Shown: positions 27,637 through 38,860, counted from the stretch's first letter. The stretch: DNA of 64,000 nucleotides from an uncultured delta proteobacterium (GCA_963842085.1 CAWJET010000002.1:608001-672000); one strand, 5' to 3'. Made by a program: numbers and translations. The notes: generated by a model from the letters alone, not told the origin.

Positions 27637-29487
27637 TCAGTTACTCTCGGCCATCTCCGCCGGCGGCGCGTCGATGTATCCCGCACGATGCTTGTTCCTG
27701 AGCGCCGTCTTGAGGACGCGGTTACGCAGCCGCACCGACTTGGGCGTGACCTCGACCAGCTCTTCCTCGTCGATCCATTCCAGCGCCGCGTCCAGCGTCG
27801 GGATGCGCGCGGGCGACAGTCGGATCGCTTCATCGTGACCCGACGCGCGCATGTTGCTGAGCTTCTTTTCACGGCACACGTTCACCGGCAAGTTTATCTC
27901 ACGGGCATACTCGCCGACGATCATCCCTTCGTAGACCGGCTCACCGGGTCCGACGAAGAATATGCCGCGCTCCTGCAAATGGAAGATCGCGTAAGGCGTG
28001 GTCACCCCCTCGCGATCGGAAATCATCGCGCCGTTGGCGCGCGAGCGAATCGTTCCCGACCACGGCGCGTAGCCGTTGAACAACGTATGCATCAGGCCGT
28101 TGCCGCGCGTGTTTTCGAGAAATCGGCCGCGAAACCCGATCAGCCCGCGCGCGGGAATGTCGTATTCCAGGCGCACGCGGTTGCTCGCATGAGTGAGCAT
28201 CGTGCGCATCTTGCCCTTGCGTGTCGAGAGCATCTGCGTGACGACGCCGATAGACTCCGCCGGGATGTCGATCACCAGCATTTCCATCGGCTCGAGTATC
28301 TCGCCGCGTGGCCCCTGCTTGGTAATGACAGTGGGCTTCGAGACCTGCATCTCGTAACCTTCGCGGCGCATGGTTTCGACAATCACCGCGAGCTGCAATT
28401 CGCCGCGGCCCATCACCCGCCACGCGTCGGGCGTCAGTTGCTCGACGCGAGTGCTCACGTTGCGCCGCGCTTCGAATTCGATTCGTTCGCCCAGCTTGCG
28501 CGAGGTGACAAACTCCCCTTCGCGGCCCGCCCATGGCGAATTGTTCACCGAGAAAGTCATCGCCACTGTCGGCTCGTCGATGCGAATCGGCGGCAGCGCT
28601 CGCGGATTTTCGAGGTCGGCGATCGTTTCGCCGATCGCGATGTCCTCGACGCCGGCGACGATCACAATCTCGCCGGCACTGGCGGTTTCGCGTTCGACCC
28701 GCGTCAGCCCCTGCCATCCGTAGATGTGGGCGACCTTGCACAGCACCGTCTTGCCGTCGCGCCGGCACAGCGAATAATTCTGCGACGCCGTCATCGAGCC
28801 GGCGACGATCCGGCCGACCGCTAGTCGGCCGACGTAATCGTCGTAGTCGATATTATTGACCTGGAATTGCAGCGTCGCGTCGGGATCGACCTCGGGTCCC
28901 GGCAGATGCGCGACGATCGCGTCGAACAGCGGCACCAGGTTTTCGCTCGGCACGTCCAGCTTGAGCGACGCGGTGCCGGCCCGCGCCTGCGTATAGAGCA
29001 CCGGGAAATCAAGCTGGCTCTCGTTGGCGCCGAGGTCGATGAACAGATCGTAAACCTCGTCGAGGACTTCGGGCGCGCGCGCGTCGGCGCGATCGATCTT
29101 GTTGATGCACAGGATCGCGGGCAGGTTCGACTCGAGCGCTTTCTTGAGCACGAACCGGGTTTGCGGCAGCGGCCCCTCGCACGCATCGACGAGCAGCAGC
29201 ACGCCGTCCACCATCGACAGCGTGCGCTCGACCTCGCCGCCGAAGTCCGAATGGCCGGGTGTATCGACGATATTGATGCGCGTCTGGCCCCAGAGGATCG
29301 AGGTGTTCTTGGCCATGATCGTGATGCCGCGCTCGCGCTCGAGCGCGTTGGAATCCATCACGCGATCGATCACCTGCTCGTTGGCGCGGAACACACCCGA
29401 CTGCCGCAGCATCGCATCGACCAAAGTGGTTTTACCGTGATCGACGTGGGCGACGATCGCTAAATTTCTTATATCTGGGCGTCTCAT
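27637..29487 (-). CDS. typA: Translational GTPase TypA/BipA
   Basis: [45 protein letters not shown]. Confidence 0.97.
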   Translation of the reverse strand: MRRPDIRNLAIVAHVDHGKTTLVDAMLRQSGVFRANEQVIDRVMDSNALERERGITIMAKNTSILWGQTRINIVDTPGHSDFGGEVERTLSMVDGVLLLVDACEGPLPQTRFVLKKALESNLPAILCINKIDRADARAPEVLDEVYDLFIDLGANESQLDFPVLYTQARAGTASLKLDVPSENLVPLFDAIVAHLPGPEVDPDATLQFQVNNIDYDDYVGRLAVGRIVAGSMTASQNYSLCRRDGKTVLCKVAHIYGWQGLTRVERETASAGEIVIVAGVEDIAIGETIADLENPRALPPIRIDEPTVAMTFSVNNSPWAGREGEFVTSRKLGERIEFEARRNVSTRVEQLTPDAWRVMGRGELQLAVIVETMRREGYEMQVSKPTVITKQGPRGEILEPMEMLVIDIPAESIGVVTQMLSTRKGKMRTMLTHASNRVRLEYDIPARGLIGFRGRFLENTRGNGLMHTLFNGYAPWSGTIRSRANGAMISDREGVTTPYAIFHLQERGIFFVGPGEPVYEGMIVGEYAREINLPVNVCREKKLSNMRASGHDEAIRLSPARIPTLDAALEWIDEEELVEVTPKSVRLRNRVLKTALRNKHRAGYIDAPPAEMAESN

Positions 29488-29619
29488 TTGGTGGCGAATG
29501 CTAAAACGCGGCCGAGCCGGTCAGGTTCGCCCGCGCGTGCTCTATTGTAGCCGTCGCTCGGAGCAGAGTAAACGCGGGGGCGCGAAGGACGGGCGAAACA
29601 CTCCCGCACCTCTAGGATG

Positions 29620-30168
29620 CTAGGGCGTAGGCGTGCCGAGGTGCTGATTGCGCTGGAGCTTTTGCAGCAGTTGCTCGACGTCTTCGATCTCGGTGACGCG
29701 CCAATAGCCGTCGGCGCCGCGGGCCAGGTGTATTCTCCAGCGCTGCCCCTTGTTGTCGGTGAAGTCGGTGGCTGCGGTGTCGCCATTTCGATGGAGCAGG
29801 ACGAGCGAGCCGGCCACGGCCGCGCCGGGCATCTGCACCTCGCGCGCGCCGTCATCGACTTTCTTGATCGCCCACGCCTGCGTTATCTGCGCCATCGGCT
29901 TAGTGAGAAGATCGATCGCCGCGTTGCCGAGCATCGCGCTCAGCGGGTCGGTGCCGCCCTGCTTCTGCACCATCTCGTAGCCCGCCTTCTTAACGACACT
30001 TTCGAAATCGACGTATTTCGCGGCTTCGTCGCCGTCGCGCGCGTCGATGGCCTGCTTCAGCCGGAGCACGGCCCAACTCGGCGTGTTTGGCAGGTAAAAC
30101 ACCGCCCAGCCGGCCACTGCGGCCAGGACGAGGATCGCGGTGAAATGGCGCAATACGAATCGAAACAT
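29620..30168 (-). CDS. DUF2939-like membrane-anchored protein
   Basis: TM followed by TPSWAV.RLKQAIDARD…YVDFESV, C-terminal WRVTEI. Confidence 0.7.
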   Translation of the reverse strand: MFRFVLRHFTAILVLAAVAGWAVFYLPNTPSWAVLRLKQAIDARDGDEAAKYVDFESVVKKAGYEMVQKQGGTDPLSAMLGNAAIDLLTKPMAQITQAWAIKKVDDGAREVQMPGAAVAGSLVLLHRNGDTAATDFTDNKGQRWRIHLARGADGYWRVTEIEDVEQLLQKLQRNQHLGTPTP

Positions 30169-30211
30169 CGCTCTATCCGTATAACGCCGCCGTGCAGTGG
30201 CCCGGTCCGAT

Positions 30212-30955
30212 TTAGCGCGGCGAAAGCAGGCTGGCCGCGGCCTTGTCCAGCAGCCAAATGACCTCGCCGCCATGCGGCGCCACGATTTGAGCAGGGAACT
30301 TGTCCGTATCGCGCGGCCCTTCCAGCACATCCTTCACCGCCGCCGCCTTGCCCTGTCCCGCCACCAAAAACATCACGCGCTCCGCATTGTTGATCACGGG
30401 CGGCGTGATCGTCAGGCGCCTCCGCGGCTCCGCGTCAACCTCGACCGCGACCACCAGGCGCTGCGTCTCGTGAATCGCAGGATCGCCCGGAAACAGCGAC
30501 GCCGTATGGCGATTATCGCCAAGCCCGAGCATCACGAGATCGAAGCGCGGAAATTCACCGTCGCCGAGGCCGAACCGTTTGCGCAATTCATCTTCGTAAG
30601 CGGCAGCCGCCGACGCCGGCGGGTCCTCGCCGCGCATCCGATGCACCTGGTCGGGCCTGAGCGCGAGCTTGCTCAGCATCGTGCGATTCGCCATCGCGTA
30701 ATTGCTCTCGGCATGATCGGGCGGCACGCATCGTTCGTCGCCCCAGAAAAATTGCACTTCCTTCCAATCGACGCTCAGATGGAACCGCGTCGCGAGCAAA
30801 TCGTAGGTGGCGGCGGGAGTCAAACCGCCCGAGAGACAGAGCGTGAACTCGCCGTGGGTGCAGATCGCCTCGCCGGCAATGTGCGCCGTTTCTTCGGCCG
30901 CGCGCACATAGAGTTCCTGCGCGTCGTTCAGAATGATCAATTTCGGTTGAGACAT
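30212..30955 (-). CDS. pgl: 6-phosphogluconolactonase
   Basis: LSGG.TP, FWGDERCVPPDH.ESNY, LGLGDNRHTASLFP. Confidence 0.95.
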   Translation of the reverse strand: MSQPKLIILNDAQELYVRAAEETAHIAGEAICTHGEFTLCLSGGLTPAATYDLLATRFHLSVDWKEVQFFWGDERCVPPDHAESNYAMANRTMLSKLALRPDQVHRMRGEDPPASAAAAYEDELRKRFGLGDGEFPRFDLVMLGLGDNRHTASLFPGDPAIHETQRLVVAVEVDAEPRRRLTITPPVINNAERVMFLVAGQGKAAAVKDVLEGPRDTDKFPAQIVAPHGGEVIWLLDKAAASLLSPR

Positions 30956-31045
30956 GCCAGTCCGTCCGGGAATGAGGTCAGATCACAAAGTTAGCCGATG
31001 ACGCGCGGTCCGCGCCAGATCGTTCCGCCTTTTGCGAGCGCGCGT

Positions 31046-33901
31046 TTACCCCGCGATCGCCGCCACGATTTCCTGGCGCAGCGCTGCGATCGCGCCGATC
31101 GGGTCGTCTCCCGCCAGATGCACTCGAATCGCGCGCCGGCCATGCGCTTCGAGCGACTGCAAATCGCCCAGGTACTGCGCCTGGTTGAGTTGTGCGAAAT
31201 CGTACGGCGCACCGGGGATGGCAACCGAGTCGCGATGGTCCTGGGTGATTTGCAGGAACAAGCCGGTGTTCGGACCGCCCTTGTGCAACTGCCCGGTCGA
31301 GTGCAGGCAGCGCGGGCCGTAGCCGAAGGTGGTCGCGACGCCGAAGCGCTCGACAACGGCTTTGCGAATTACCGCGATCTCCTTGTCCACGGTCGGATTG
31401 GGCGATACGTACGCCATCGTGGCGAAGTAATCGCCGGGCCGCGCAAGATTCATGAACCCTCCGATCATCGAGCGAAAATCGCGCCCGCCTTTCAGCGCCT
31501 CATCCGCAACGCCGCCGGCAAAGAGCGCGAGCTGACCCTTCTCGGCGACCGGCGACTGCGCCGGAAAGTTTTTGTTGCGCGCGAATTCCGCGAGGATGCG
31601 GCCGGTGTTGTCCTTGCTCTCCTGGACGCCCGGCTGCTTGAACGGGTCAACCCCGATCACCGCGGCGGCGGTCGCCGCCGCGATCTCCCAGCGCATGAAC
31701 TCTTCGCCGAGATCGATTTTGTCCGACAACGTGATCAGCACGGTAGGTATACCCGCCTGCTTGATGGCTTCGAACGCGGCATCCTGCGCGGCATCGGCGC
31801 CGTTCCTGAGCTTGAGGTAAACGAACACGCGGTCCTTGCCGTAAGCCTTCGGTGAGACCAACGGCTCGTCGCAGACCGGAACCAGGCCCAGGTGATCTTT
31901 GCCGGTGCTTTCGGCGATCAACTGCTCGACCCACAGTCCGAACGCGCTGATCGGCGGCGAAATAATAAAGGTGACCTTGTCGCGACCCGGCTTGCCGAGC
32001 GCGCCCAGCGCCGCTCCCAGGCTCACCCCGGGATTTTCCTCGACTCGCACGCATCCGGCGGAACTGTGCGTCATCCGAATCGCGCGGTCCACCAACGTCG
32101 CCACGTCCATTCCAATCAATGCGGCAGGCACAAACCCGAAATACGACAGCACCGAGTAGCAGCCGACGATGTCGGGAGGATTCAGGAACACGCGGCGGAA
32201 CTTGTTCTCTTTCGCAATCGCCGCCAACTTCGTTCCCGGGTCGGTGATCGCAACGAAATGCGAGCCCGCGGGATTCGACGACTTCGCCTTCACGTGCTCG
32301 AAAAACGCCCTGAGGTGAGACTCTGTTTCGATGGTGTCGCCGGTCTTGCTCGCGACCACGAACAACGCCCGCGTGCAGTCGATGTTGCGATCGAGCGTCC
32401 GGATCGTTTCGGGAACCGTCGTATCGAGTACGTGAAGTTTGGGATAACCCGGTGGGCTCGAAAACGTCGTAGCGAACAACTCCGCGCTCTGCGACGAGCC
32501 CCCCATCCCAAGCAGGACGACGTTGCGGAAGCCGGCACCGCGAACTTCATCGGCAAACGCCGCAAGATCTTTCACCCGCTCGCACATCGTCTCCGGAACC
32601 GTCAGCCAGCCGAGCGCGTTCCTGATGGCGTCGCGGTCGGCCGGTTCCTTCGACCAGAGCGTGGCGTCCTTCTTCCAGAGCCGCGCGGGAAAATCGTTCT
32701 GGTCGAGGTCCTTGAAGGCGGCGTTGACTTGGGAATCGTAACCGGGCGCGGCAATAATCTGCTTGTCGTGCGCTCCATCAACGATTGCGGCACGCCGGCC
32801 TTTGATGACGGCGCTCAAATCCTCGAACGACTTGGCAAACGATTCGACGCCCTCCTTCTGCAATTCCTCGCCAACCTCAATGAGATCGACCCCGACGGCC
32901 GCCAGCCGCTTGACAATCTCGCGAGCCTCGCCGAGGTTTTCCTCGAGCGACGCGCGCGGTTTGCCGTGGTCGCGAAACGCATCCATCGTCGCCGGCGGCA
33001 TCGTGTTGACGGTGTCGGGGCCGACCAGATCCTCGACGTACTTGATGTCGCTGTACGCGTGATTCTTGGTCCCGGTCGACGCCCACAGCGGCCATTGCGG
33101 ACGTCCGCCTTTCTCGCGCAGAGACTTGAACCGCTCTCCTGCGAAAATTTCTTTGTAGCGCTGGTAGATTAGCTGCGAGTTCGCGACCGCCGCTTTGCCC
33201 ATCAGCGCTGCCACCGCCTCGTTCGGCGCTCCCTTCAGTTTGTCCTCGAGCTTGCGATCGACCAGGGTCTCGACGCGGCTCACGAACACGCTCGCGACCG
33301 ACCACACCTTGTCGATCGGATGTCCCGCCTTCAGCCGGCGTTCGAGGCCACGGATGTAAGCCTCGGCGACAGCGTCGTAATGCTTCATCGAGAACATCAG
33401 GGTCACGTTGACGTTGCGCCCTTCGGAAATGAGCTGCTCGATCGCGGGGAGACCCGCGGGGGTCGAGGGAACCTTGATCATCACGTTGGGCCGCGCGAGC
33501 GTGTCCCAGTAGCGGCGCGCCGCCGCGATCGTGCCGTCGGTATCGTTAGCAAGCGTCGGCGAAACTTCGTAGCTGATGTAGCCGTGGATGCCACCGGTCT
33601 TGTCGTAGAGCGGACGGAACGCGTCGGCCGCCATCCGGATATCCGCCATCGACAGCGCTTCGTAAATTTCGTCGATGCTTTTTTCAGTGGGCGCCAGTTC
33701 CTTGAGCTGATCGTCGTAGTCGGTGGAACCGGCGATCGCTTTTTCGAAGATCGTCGGATTGGACGTCATGCCCTTGAGGCCGTCTTCGTCGAGGATGCGG
33801 CGAAATTCAGCGGAGGTGAGCAGATGACGGCGGATGTAGTCGAGCCACACGGCCTGTCCAAAATGCTCCAACTGCTTCAGGGGATTTTCGGCGCTAGCCA
33901 T
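31046..33901 (-). CDS. Bifunctional transaldolase / glucose-6-phosphate isomerase fusion
   Basis: Transaldolase domain (GMTSNPTIFEKAI, NVMIKVP, NVNVTLMFS) followed by a PGI-like domain (GMGGSS, ASKTG, EQLIAESTGK, LHSTGQLHKGGP). Confidence 0.93.
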   Translation of the reverse strand: MASAENPLKQLEHFGQAVWLDYIRRHLLTSAEFRRILDEDGLKGMTSNPTIFEKAIAGSTDYDDQLKELAPTEKSIDEIYEALSMADIRMAADAFRPLYDKTGGIHGYISYEVSPTLANDTDGTIAAARRYWDTLARPNVMIKVPSTPAGLPAIEQLISEGRNVNVTLMFSMKHYDAVAEAYIRGLERRLKAGHPIDKVWSVASVFVSRVETLVDRKLEDKLKGAPNEAVAALMGKAAVANSQLIYQRYKEIFAGERFKSLREKGGRPQWPLWASTGTKNHAYSDIKYVEDLVGPDTVNTMPPATMDAFRDHGKPRASLEENLGEAREIVKRLAAVGVDLIEVGEELQKEGVESFAKSFEDLSAVIKGRRAAIVDGAHDKQIIAAPGYDSQVNAAFKDLDQNDFPARLWKKDATLWSKEPADRDAIRNALGWLTVPETMCERVKDLAAFADEVRGAGFRNVVLLGMGGSSQSAELFATTFSSPPGYPKLHVLDTTVPETIRTLDRNIDCTRALFVVASKTGDTIETESHLRAFFEHVKAKSSNPAGSHFVAITDPGTKLAAIAKENKFRRVFLNPPDIVGCYSVLSYFGFVPAALIGMDVATLVDRAIRMTHSSAGCVRVEENPGVSLGAALGALGKPGRDKVTFIISPPISAFGLWVEQLIAESTGKDHLGLVPVCDEPLVSPKAYGKDRVFVYLKLRNGADAAQDAAFEAIKQAGIPTVLITLSDKIDLGEEFMRWEIAAATAAAVIGVDPFKQPGVQESKDNTGRILAEFARNKNFPAQSPVAEKGQLALFAGGVADEALKGGRDFRSMIGGFMNLARPGDYFATMAYVSPNPTVDKEIAVIRKAVVERFGVATTFGYGPRCLHSTGQLHKGGPNTGLFLQITQDHRDSVAIPGAPYDFAQLNQAQYLGDLQSLEAHGRRAIRVHLAGDDPIGAIAALRQEIVAAIAG

Positions 33902-33940
33902 CGTTCGCTCGCTCGTGCTTGAAAATTAGGTCGAGCTCCA

Positions 33941-36001
33941 CTAGCGCGCGAGCAATTTCAGTGCGCGCTCGACGACGTTGTCCACGGTGAAGCCGAAATG
34001 TTTCATCACTTCTTCGGACTTGCCCGACGCGCCGTAAGTCGTCATCCCGATAATGTCGCCGTCCAGCCCGACCCATCGGTACCATGACATCGGCGCGCCC
34101 GCCTCGACCGCGAGCCGTCGGCGAATGTCCGGCGGCAGCACCGAGTCGCGATAGGCCTGGTCCTGCTGCTCGAAAATATTTTCGCTGGGCATGCTCACGA
34201 CGCGGACCGACTTGCCCCTCTCTTCGAGCTTCGCTTTCGCCTCGACGACCAGCTGCAATTCCGAGCCCGAGCCAATCAAAATGATCTCCGGGGTACGGCC
34301 CGCCGTCTCGGTAATCACGTACGCGCCGCGCCGTGCGCCGCTGGCAGGCGCTATCTTGCTGCGATCAAGCGTCGGCACCTTCTGCCGCGACAGCGCGAGC
34401 AGCACCGGGCCGTGCGTATGCGTCATGACGGTGCGCCACGCCTCCACCGCCTCGTTCGCGTCGCCGGGGCGAATCACAGTGAGATGCGGAATTGCGCGCA
34501 GGGAAGCAAGGTGCTCGATCGGCTGGTGGGTCGGGCCGTCCTCGCCCACACCGATCGAGTCGTGGGTGAAGACGAACACCACCTGGAGTTCCATCAGCGC
34601 GGCCAGCCGAATCGACGGCCGCGCGTAATCGGTGAAGCACAGGAAGCTCGAGCCGTACGGGATGAATCCGCCATGCAGCGCGAGGCCGTTCAAGATCGAG
34701 CACATGCCGTGCTCGCGGATTCCGAAATGCGGATTGCGGCCGTCGTAGTGCCCGCGCTCGAAATCGCCGCCGTCCTTGATGTCGGTAAACGTGGACTCGT
34801 TCAGGTCGGCCGAGCCGCCGAACAGGTTCCAGACTTTCTTCCCGATCGCGGCTTCGGCCTGCGAGGCTGCCACTCGCGTCGCCAGGCTGTCCTTGGGCGT
34901 GAAGACCGGCAACTCTGCGTCCCATCCCTTGGGTAGCTCTTTCGCAAGCGCCGTCTGAAATTCGCCGGCCAGCGCGGGATTCTTTTTGGCGTAGGACCCG
35001 AACTTTGCGCTCCATTCCCTCTCCAGCTCCTCGCCACGCTCGACGCATTCGCGAAAATGCGCGAGCGCATCGTCGGGGACGTAAAACGGCGGCTCGGTCG
35101 GGTATCCGTAAAATTCCTTGGTCAGCTTGACCTCTTCGACGCCGAGCGGATTGCTGTGCGCGGCCGAGGTGCCCTGCTTGTGCGGGCTGCCGTAGCCGAT
35201 GATCGAGCGCACCCGAATGAGCGACGGCCGAGTCGTCTCCGCGATTCCATTTTCGATCGCCTTCGACAGCGCCGCGAGATCGTTCGCGTCTTCGACTACC
35301 TGGGTATGCCACTTGTATGCGTCGAACCGCTGGCACACGTCCTCGTCAAAGGTGAGCTCGGTGTGCCCGTCAATCGTCACGTGGTTGTCGTCGTAGAGGT
35401 AGACGATGTTGCCGAGCCCGACGTGACCCGCGATCGACGCCGCCTCGCTCGCCACACCTTCCATCAGGTCGCCGTCGCTGCAAATGGCGAAGATGCGATG
35501 ATCGAACAGCCCCGACTGGTCGCGCTCGAAGCGCGCTTCGAGATGCTTCGCCGCCATCGCCATGCCGACGCCGTTGCCGAAGCCCTGGCCGAGCGGCCCG
35601 GTGGTGGTCTCGACGCCGGGGACGCACCAGTACTCGGGATGGCCGGGGGTTTTGCTGCCAAGCTGGCGAAACTGCTTGATGTCGTCGAGCGAGATGTCGT
35701 AGCCGGTGAGATAGAGCAGGCTGTAGAGCAGCATCGAGCCGTGGCCGGCCGACAGCACGAAGCGGTCGCGCCCGAACCATTTTGCATTTTTCGGGTTGTG
35801 GCGCATGAACCGCGTGTAGAGCAGGTAGGAGGCCGGCGCCATGCCCATCGGCAGTCCGCAATGGCCCGAGTTGGCTTTCTGGACCGCGTCGATGGTCAGC
35901 ACGCGAATCGCGTTGATACAGGTTTGGTCCAGGTCGGACCGGCTCACTTTGATTTGCGCTGCAGTCGCCAAGATTTCACCCCGCGTGGTTTGGGCGGTCA
36001 T
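33941..36001 (-). CDS. tkt: Transketolase
   Basis: RDRFVLSAGHGSML, TPGHPE, TTGPLGQG, SDGDLMEG, THDSIGVGEDGPTHQP. Confidence 0.97.
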   Translation of the reverse strand: MTAQTTRGEILATAAQIKVSRSDLDQTCINAIRVLTIDAVQKANSGHCGLPMGMAPASYLLYTRFMRHNPKNAKWFGRDRFVLSAGHGSMLLYSLLYLTGYDISLDDIKQFRQLGSKTPGHPEYWCVPGVETTTGPLGQGFGNGVGMAMAAKHLEARFERDQSGLFDHRIFAICSDGDLMEGVASEAASIAGHVGLGNIVYLYDDNHVTIDGHTELTFDEDVCQRFDAYKWHTQVVEDANDLAALSKAIENGIAETTRPSLIRVRSIIGYGSPHKQGTSAAHSNPLGVEEVKLTKEFYGYPTEPPFYVPDDALAHFRECVERGEELEREWSAKFGSYAKKNPALAGEFQTALAKELPKGWDAELPVFTPKDSLATRVAASQAEAAIGKKVWNLFGGSADLNESTFTDIKDGGDFERGHYDGRNPHFGIREHGMCSILNGLALHGGFIPYGSSFLCFTDYARPSIRLAALMELQVVFVFTHDSIGVGEDGPTHQPIEHLASLRAIPHLTVIRPGDANEAVEAWRTVMTHTHGPVLLALSRQKVPTLDRSKIAPASGARRGAYVITETAGRTPEIILIGSGSELQLVVEAKAKLEERGKSVRVVSMPSENIFEQQDQAYRDSVLPPDIRRRLAVEAGAPMSWYRWVGLDGDIIGMTTYGASGKSEEVMKHFGFTVDNVVERALKLLAR

Positions 36002-36090
36002 CGAATCCGCCGGTTTGGTTTTTCACTTTAGTGGATTTCCATTAAATCCACCTGCGGGACGCGCGCGACTCGCCAACTCCCGGGTCGCGA

Positions 36091-36459
36091 TCACCAATCC
36101 TTGTTGTCGTCGTCCTTGGTATCGCCCGCCTTTCGACGCATCACGTCGACGCTGGTTTTCGCGTCACCCTTGTGACCGGCGCCGAGCGCGGCGGCGAATC
36201 GCTCCGCGATTGTCCGCATCACTGCGCCCTCTTCCGGGTCGAGCGCACTACCGAGCGCTGCCAGTTGTTCCATCGCGAGACGAATCGCGGCGATCGACCC
36301 GGCCATATCGCCCCGCTCGCGGCATGCGAGCGCGTCGCGCAAGCGCTCGCGCACACCGGCAATCGCCGGCCGCGCGCGCTCGCCGATCACGATCTCGAGT
36401 TCGCCAAGATTTTGCGCGAGTTTCGTGAACGGATCGTCTGCGGGATTGCTGAGCGGCAC
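36091..36459 (-). CDS. Hypothetical alpha-helical protein
   Basis: 122-aa ORF with genome-typical codon usage, co-oriented upstream of tkt. Confidence 0.65.
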   Translation of the reverse strand: MPLSNPADDPFTKLAQNLGELEIVIGERARPAIAGVRERLRDALACRERGDMAGSIAAIRLAMEQLAALGSALDPEEGAVMRTIAERFAAALGAGHKGDAKTSVDVMRRKAGDTKDDDNKDW

Positions 36460-36599
36460 TCTTAAATTGTTTCATCGGTACAACTTTAGATGCAAGGCCG
36501 GCGTGCCGCGTCGAGCAGAACCCTGCGCCTGGATTCTCGACCAGCGTCTCTTTTTGTTAGATGATTAAAGTTGAATTCGATGGAGGATGAGGGGCCCTG

Positions 36600-37847
36600 A
36601 TGAGACCAATGCTTGAGCGCCGCGTAGTGGTCACCGGAGTGGGACTGGTGACTCCGCTCGGAGTTGGAGTGGAGAAAAACTGGGACGCCCTGATGGCGGG
36701 ACGGTCCGGTATCGCTACGATTACGCGCTTCGACGCCTCGGAATTCCCCGCCCGTATCGCCGGCGAGGTCAAGGACTTCAATCCCGAGGACTGGATCGAA
36801 AAGCGCGACGTCAAAAAAATGGACCCCTTCATCCAGTACGCGGTCGCGTCCGCCGAGCAGGCGATGCGCCAGTCAGGGTTCAAGATCACCGAAGAGAACG
36901 CCGATAACGTCGGCGTCTTGGTCGGCGTCGGCATCGGCGGCCTGTGCACCATCGAGGAGTACCACAAAGTCTTCATCGAGACCGGACTACGCCACGTCAC
37001 CCCGTTTTTTATCCCCAAATTGATCAGCAATCTGGCGCCCGGCCAGATCTCGATTCGCTACGGAGCGCGCGGCGCCAACTTTGCCACCACCAGCGCGTGC
37101 GCCTCGGGCAGCCATGCGATCGGCGAGGCGTATCGCATGATCAGGCTCGGCTACCTGGATGCCGCGATCACCGGCGGCTCGGAGGCCGCAATCACCTCGC
37201 TCGGCGTCGGCGGATTTGTCGCGATGCGGGCGCTTTCGACCCGCAACGAACATCCCGAGAAAGCCAGCCGCCCGTTCGACAAGGAGCGCGACGGATTCGT
37301 GATGTCGGAGGGCTCGGCCGCGCTGATCCTCGAAGAGCGCGAGGCCGCGATCAAGCGCGGCGCCAGGATCATTGCCGAGATCTGCGGTTACGCCGCCAAC
37401 AGCGACGCCTACCACATCACGTCGCCCGCGCCCAATGGACGCGGCGCCGCCAAGTGTATGCGGATGTGCCTCGAAGACAGCGACCTCGATCCCAACCAAG
37501 TCGATTACATCAACGCGCACGGCACTTCGACCGAGCAGGGTGACGTGGCCGAGACTCAAGCCGTCAAGCAGGTCTTCGGCGAGCGCGCCGCGAAACTTGC
37601 GATCAGCTCGACCAAGTCGATGACCGGGCACACGCTCGGCGCGGCCGGCGCGATCGAATCGGTGTACACGGTGCTCGCGATCGATCGGGGGATGATGCCG
37701 CCGACGATCAACCAGGAATTTCCCGACCCCCAATGCGACCTCGATTACGTGCCGAACAAGCCGCGCCCCGCGAAGATTCGCATCGCGCTGAATAATTCAT
37801 TCGGGTTCGGCGGCACCAACACGACGCTGGCCTTCAGGCCCGCCTAA
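36600..37847 (+). CDS. fabF: Beta-ketoacyl-ACP synthase II
   Basis: RRVVVTGVG, SACASG (catalytic Cys), NAHGTST, STKSMTGH, NNSFGFGGTN. Confidence 0.96.
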   Translation: MRPMLERRVVVTGVGLVTPLGVGVEKNWDALMAGRSGIATITRFDASEFPARIAGEVKDFNPEDWIEKRDVKKMDPFIQYAVASAEQAMRQSGFKITEENADNVGVLVGVGIGGLCTIEEYHKVFIETGLRHVTPFFIPKLISNLAPGQISIRYGARGANFATTSACASGSHAIGEAYRMIRLGYLDAAITGGSEAAITSLGVGGFVAMRALSTRNEHPEKASRPFDKERDGFVMSEGSAALILEEREAAIKRGARIIAEICGYAANSDAYHITSPAPNGRGAAKCMRMCLEDSDLDPNQVDYINAHGTSTEQGDVAETQAVKQVFGERAAKLAISSTKSMTGHTLGAAGAIESVYTVLAIDRGMMPPTINQEFPDPQCDLDYVPNKPRPAKIRIALNNSFGFGGTNTTLAFRPA

Positions 37848-37867
37848 CCAGGGCTAACCGGTTCATC

Positions 37868-38845
37868 ATGGGCTCAAGAATTGTCGCCACCGGACGGGCC
37901 GTACCGCGCACGGCCCTCACCAACAAGGACCTCGAGCGGTACCTGGACACCTCCGACCAATGGATCCGCTCGCGCACCGGCATCGGCCAGCGCTATGCAA
38001 TGCGCCAGGGCGACTCGCTCGCACAAATCGCGACCGACGCAAGCCGCAGCGCGCTCGATCGCGCCGGCATCAAGCCCGCCGAGCTCGACGCGATCATCGT
38101 CGGCACGGTTTCCTCGGAGTACGCGTTCCCGTCCTTCGCATGCCAGATTCAGTACGGGCTGGGTATCTCGTCGATCCCGGCCTTCGACGTCGCCGCCGCC
38201 TGCTCGGGCTTCGTGTATGCGATCCAGGTCGCGGATGCACAGATGCGCGCCGGCGACTTCAAGCGCGTACTGGTGGTGGGCGCCGACGCGCTCTCCACCA
38301 TGGTGGATTGGAACGATCGCCGTACCGCGGTGCTGTTTGGCGACGGCGCGGGCGCATGCGTGATGGTCACCGAGCCGGGGAATCGGGGAGTGCTGTCCAG
38401 CCTGCTGCGCTCCGCCGGCGAGCATTGGAACCTGCTCTCGGTCCGCGCCACCGGAACCCGCAGCACCATCGACTCCGAGGTGCGGCGATGCGCCGATGAC
38501 GCGATTCAGATGAAAGGCCCGGAGCTCTTCAAAATCGCCGTCAAGAGCATGGAAGAAGTCAGCCGCCTGGTGGCCGAGCGCGCCGGCGTCAAGCTCGAGG
38601 ACATCGACCTGTTCGTGCCGCATCAGGCGAACATGCGAATCATTTCCGCAGTCGCCGAGCGCCTCGGGCTGCCCGCGGAAAAAGTTTTCACCAACATCGA
38701 TCGCTACGGCAACACCTCCGCCGCCTCCGTGCCAATCGCGCTCGACGAGGCCCTCGAGCAAGGGCGGATTCACAACAACGATATCGTGATGCTGAACGCG
38801 TGCGGCGGCGGCCTGACCTGGGGAGCGAACCTGGTCCGCTGGTAA
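37868..38845 (+). CDS. fabH: Beta-ketoacyl-ACP synthase III
   Basis: DVAAACSGF, LFGDGAGA, PHQANMRI, YGNTSAAS, GGGLTWG. Confidence 0.95.
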   Translation: MGSRIVATGRAVPRTALTNKDLERYLDTSDQWIRSRTGIGQRYAMRQGDSLAQIATDASRSALDRAGIKPAELDAIIVGTVSSEYAFPSFACQIQYGLGISSIPAFDVAAACSGFVYAIQVADAQMRAGDFKRVLVVGADALSTMVDWNDRRTAVLFGDGAGACVMVTEPGNRGVLSSLLRSAGEHWNLLSVRATGTRSTIDSEVRRCADDAIQMKGPELFKIAVKSMEEVSRLVAERAGVKLEDIDLFVPHQANMRIISAVAERLGLPAEKVFTNIDRYGNTSAASVPIALDEALEQGRIHNNDIVMLNACGGGLTWGANLVRW

Positions 38846-38860
38846 TCTGGCTTGGTCTGG

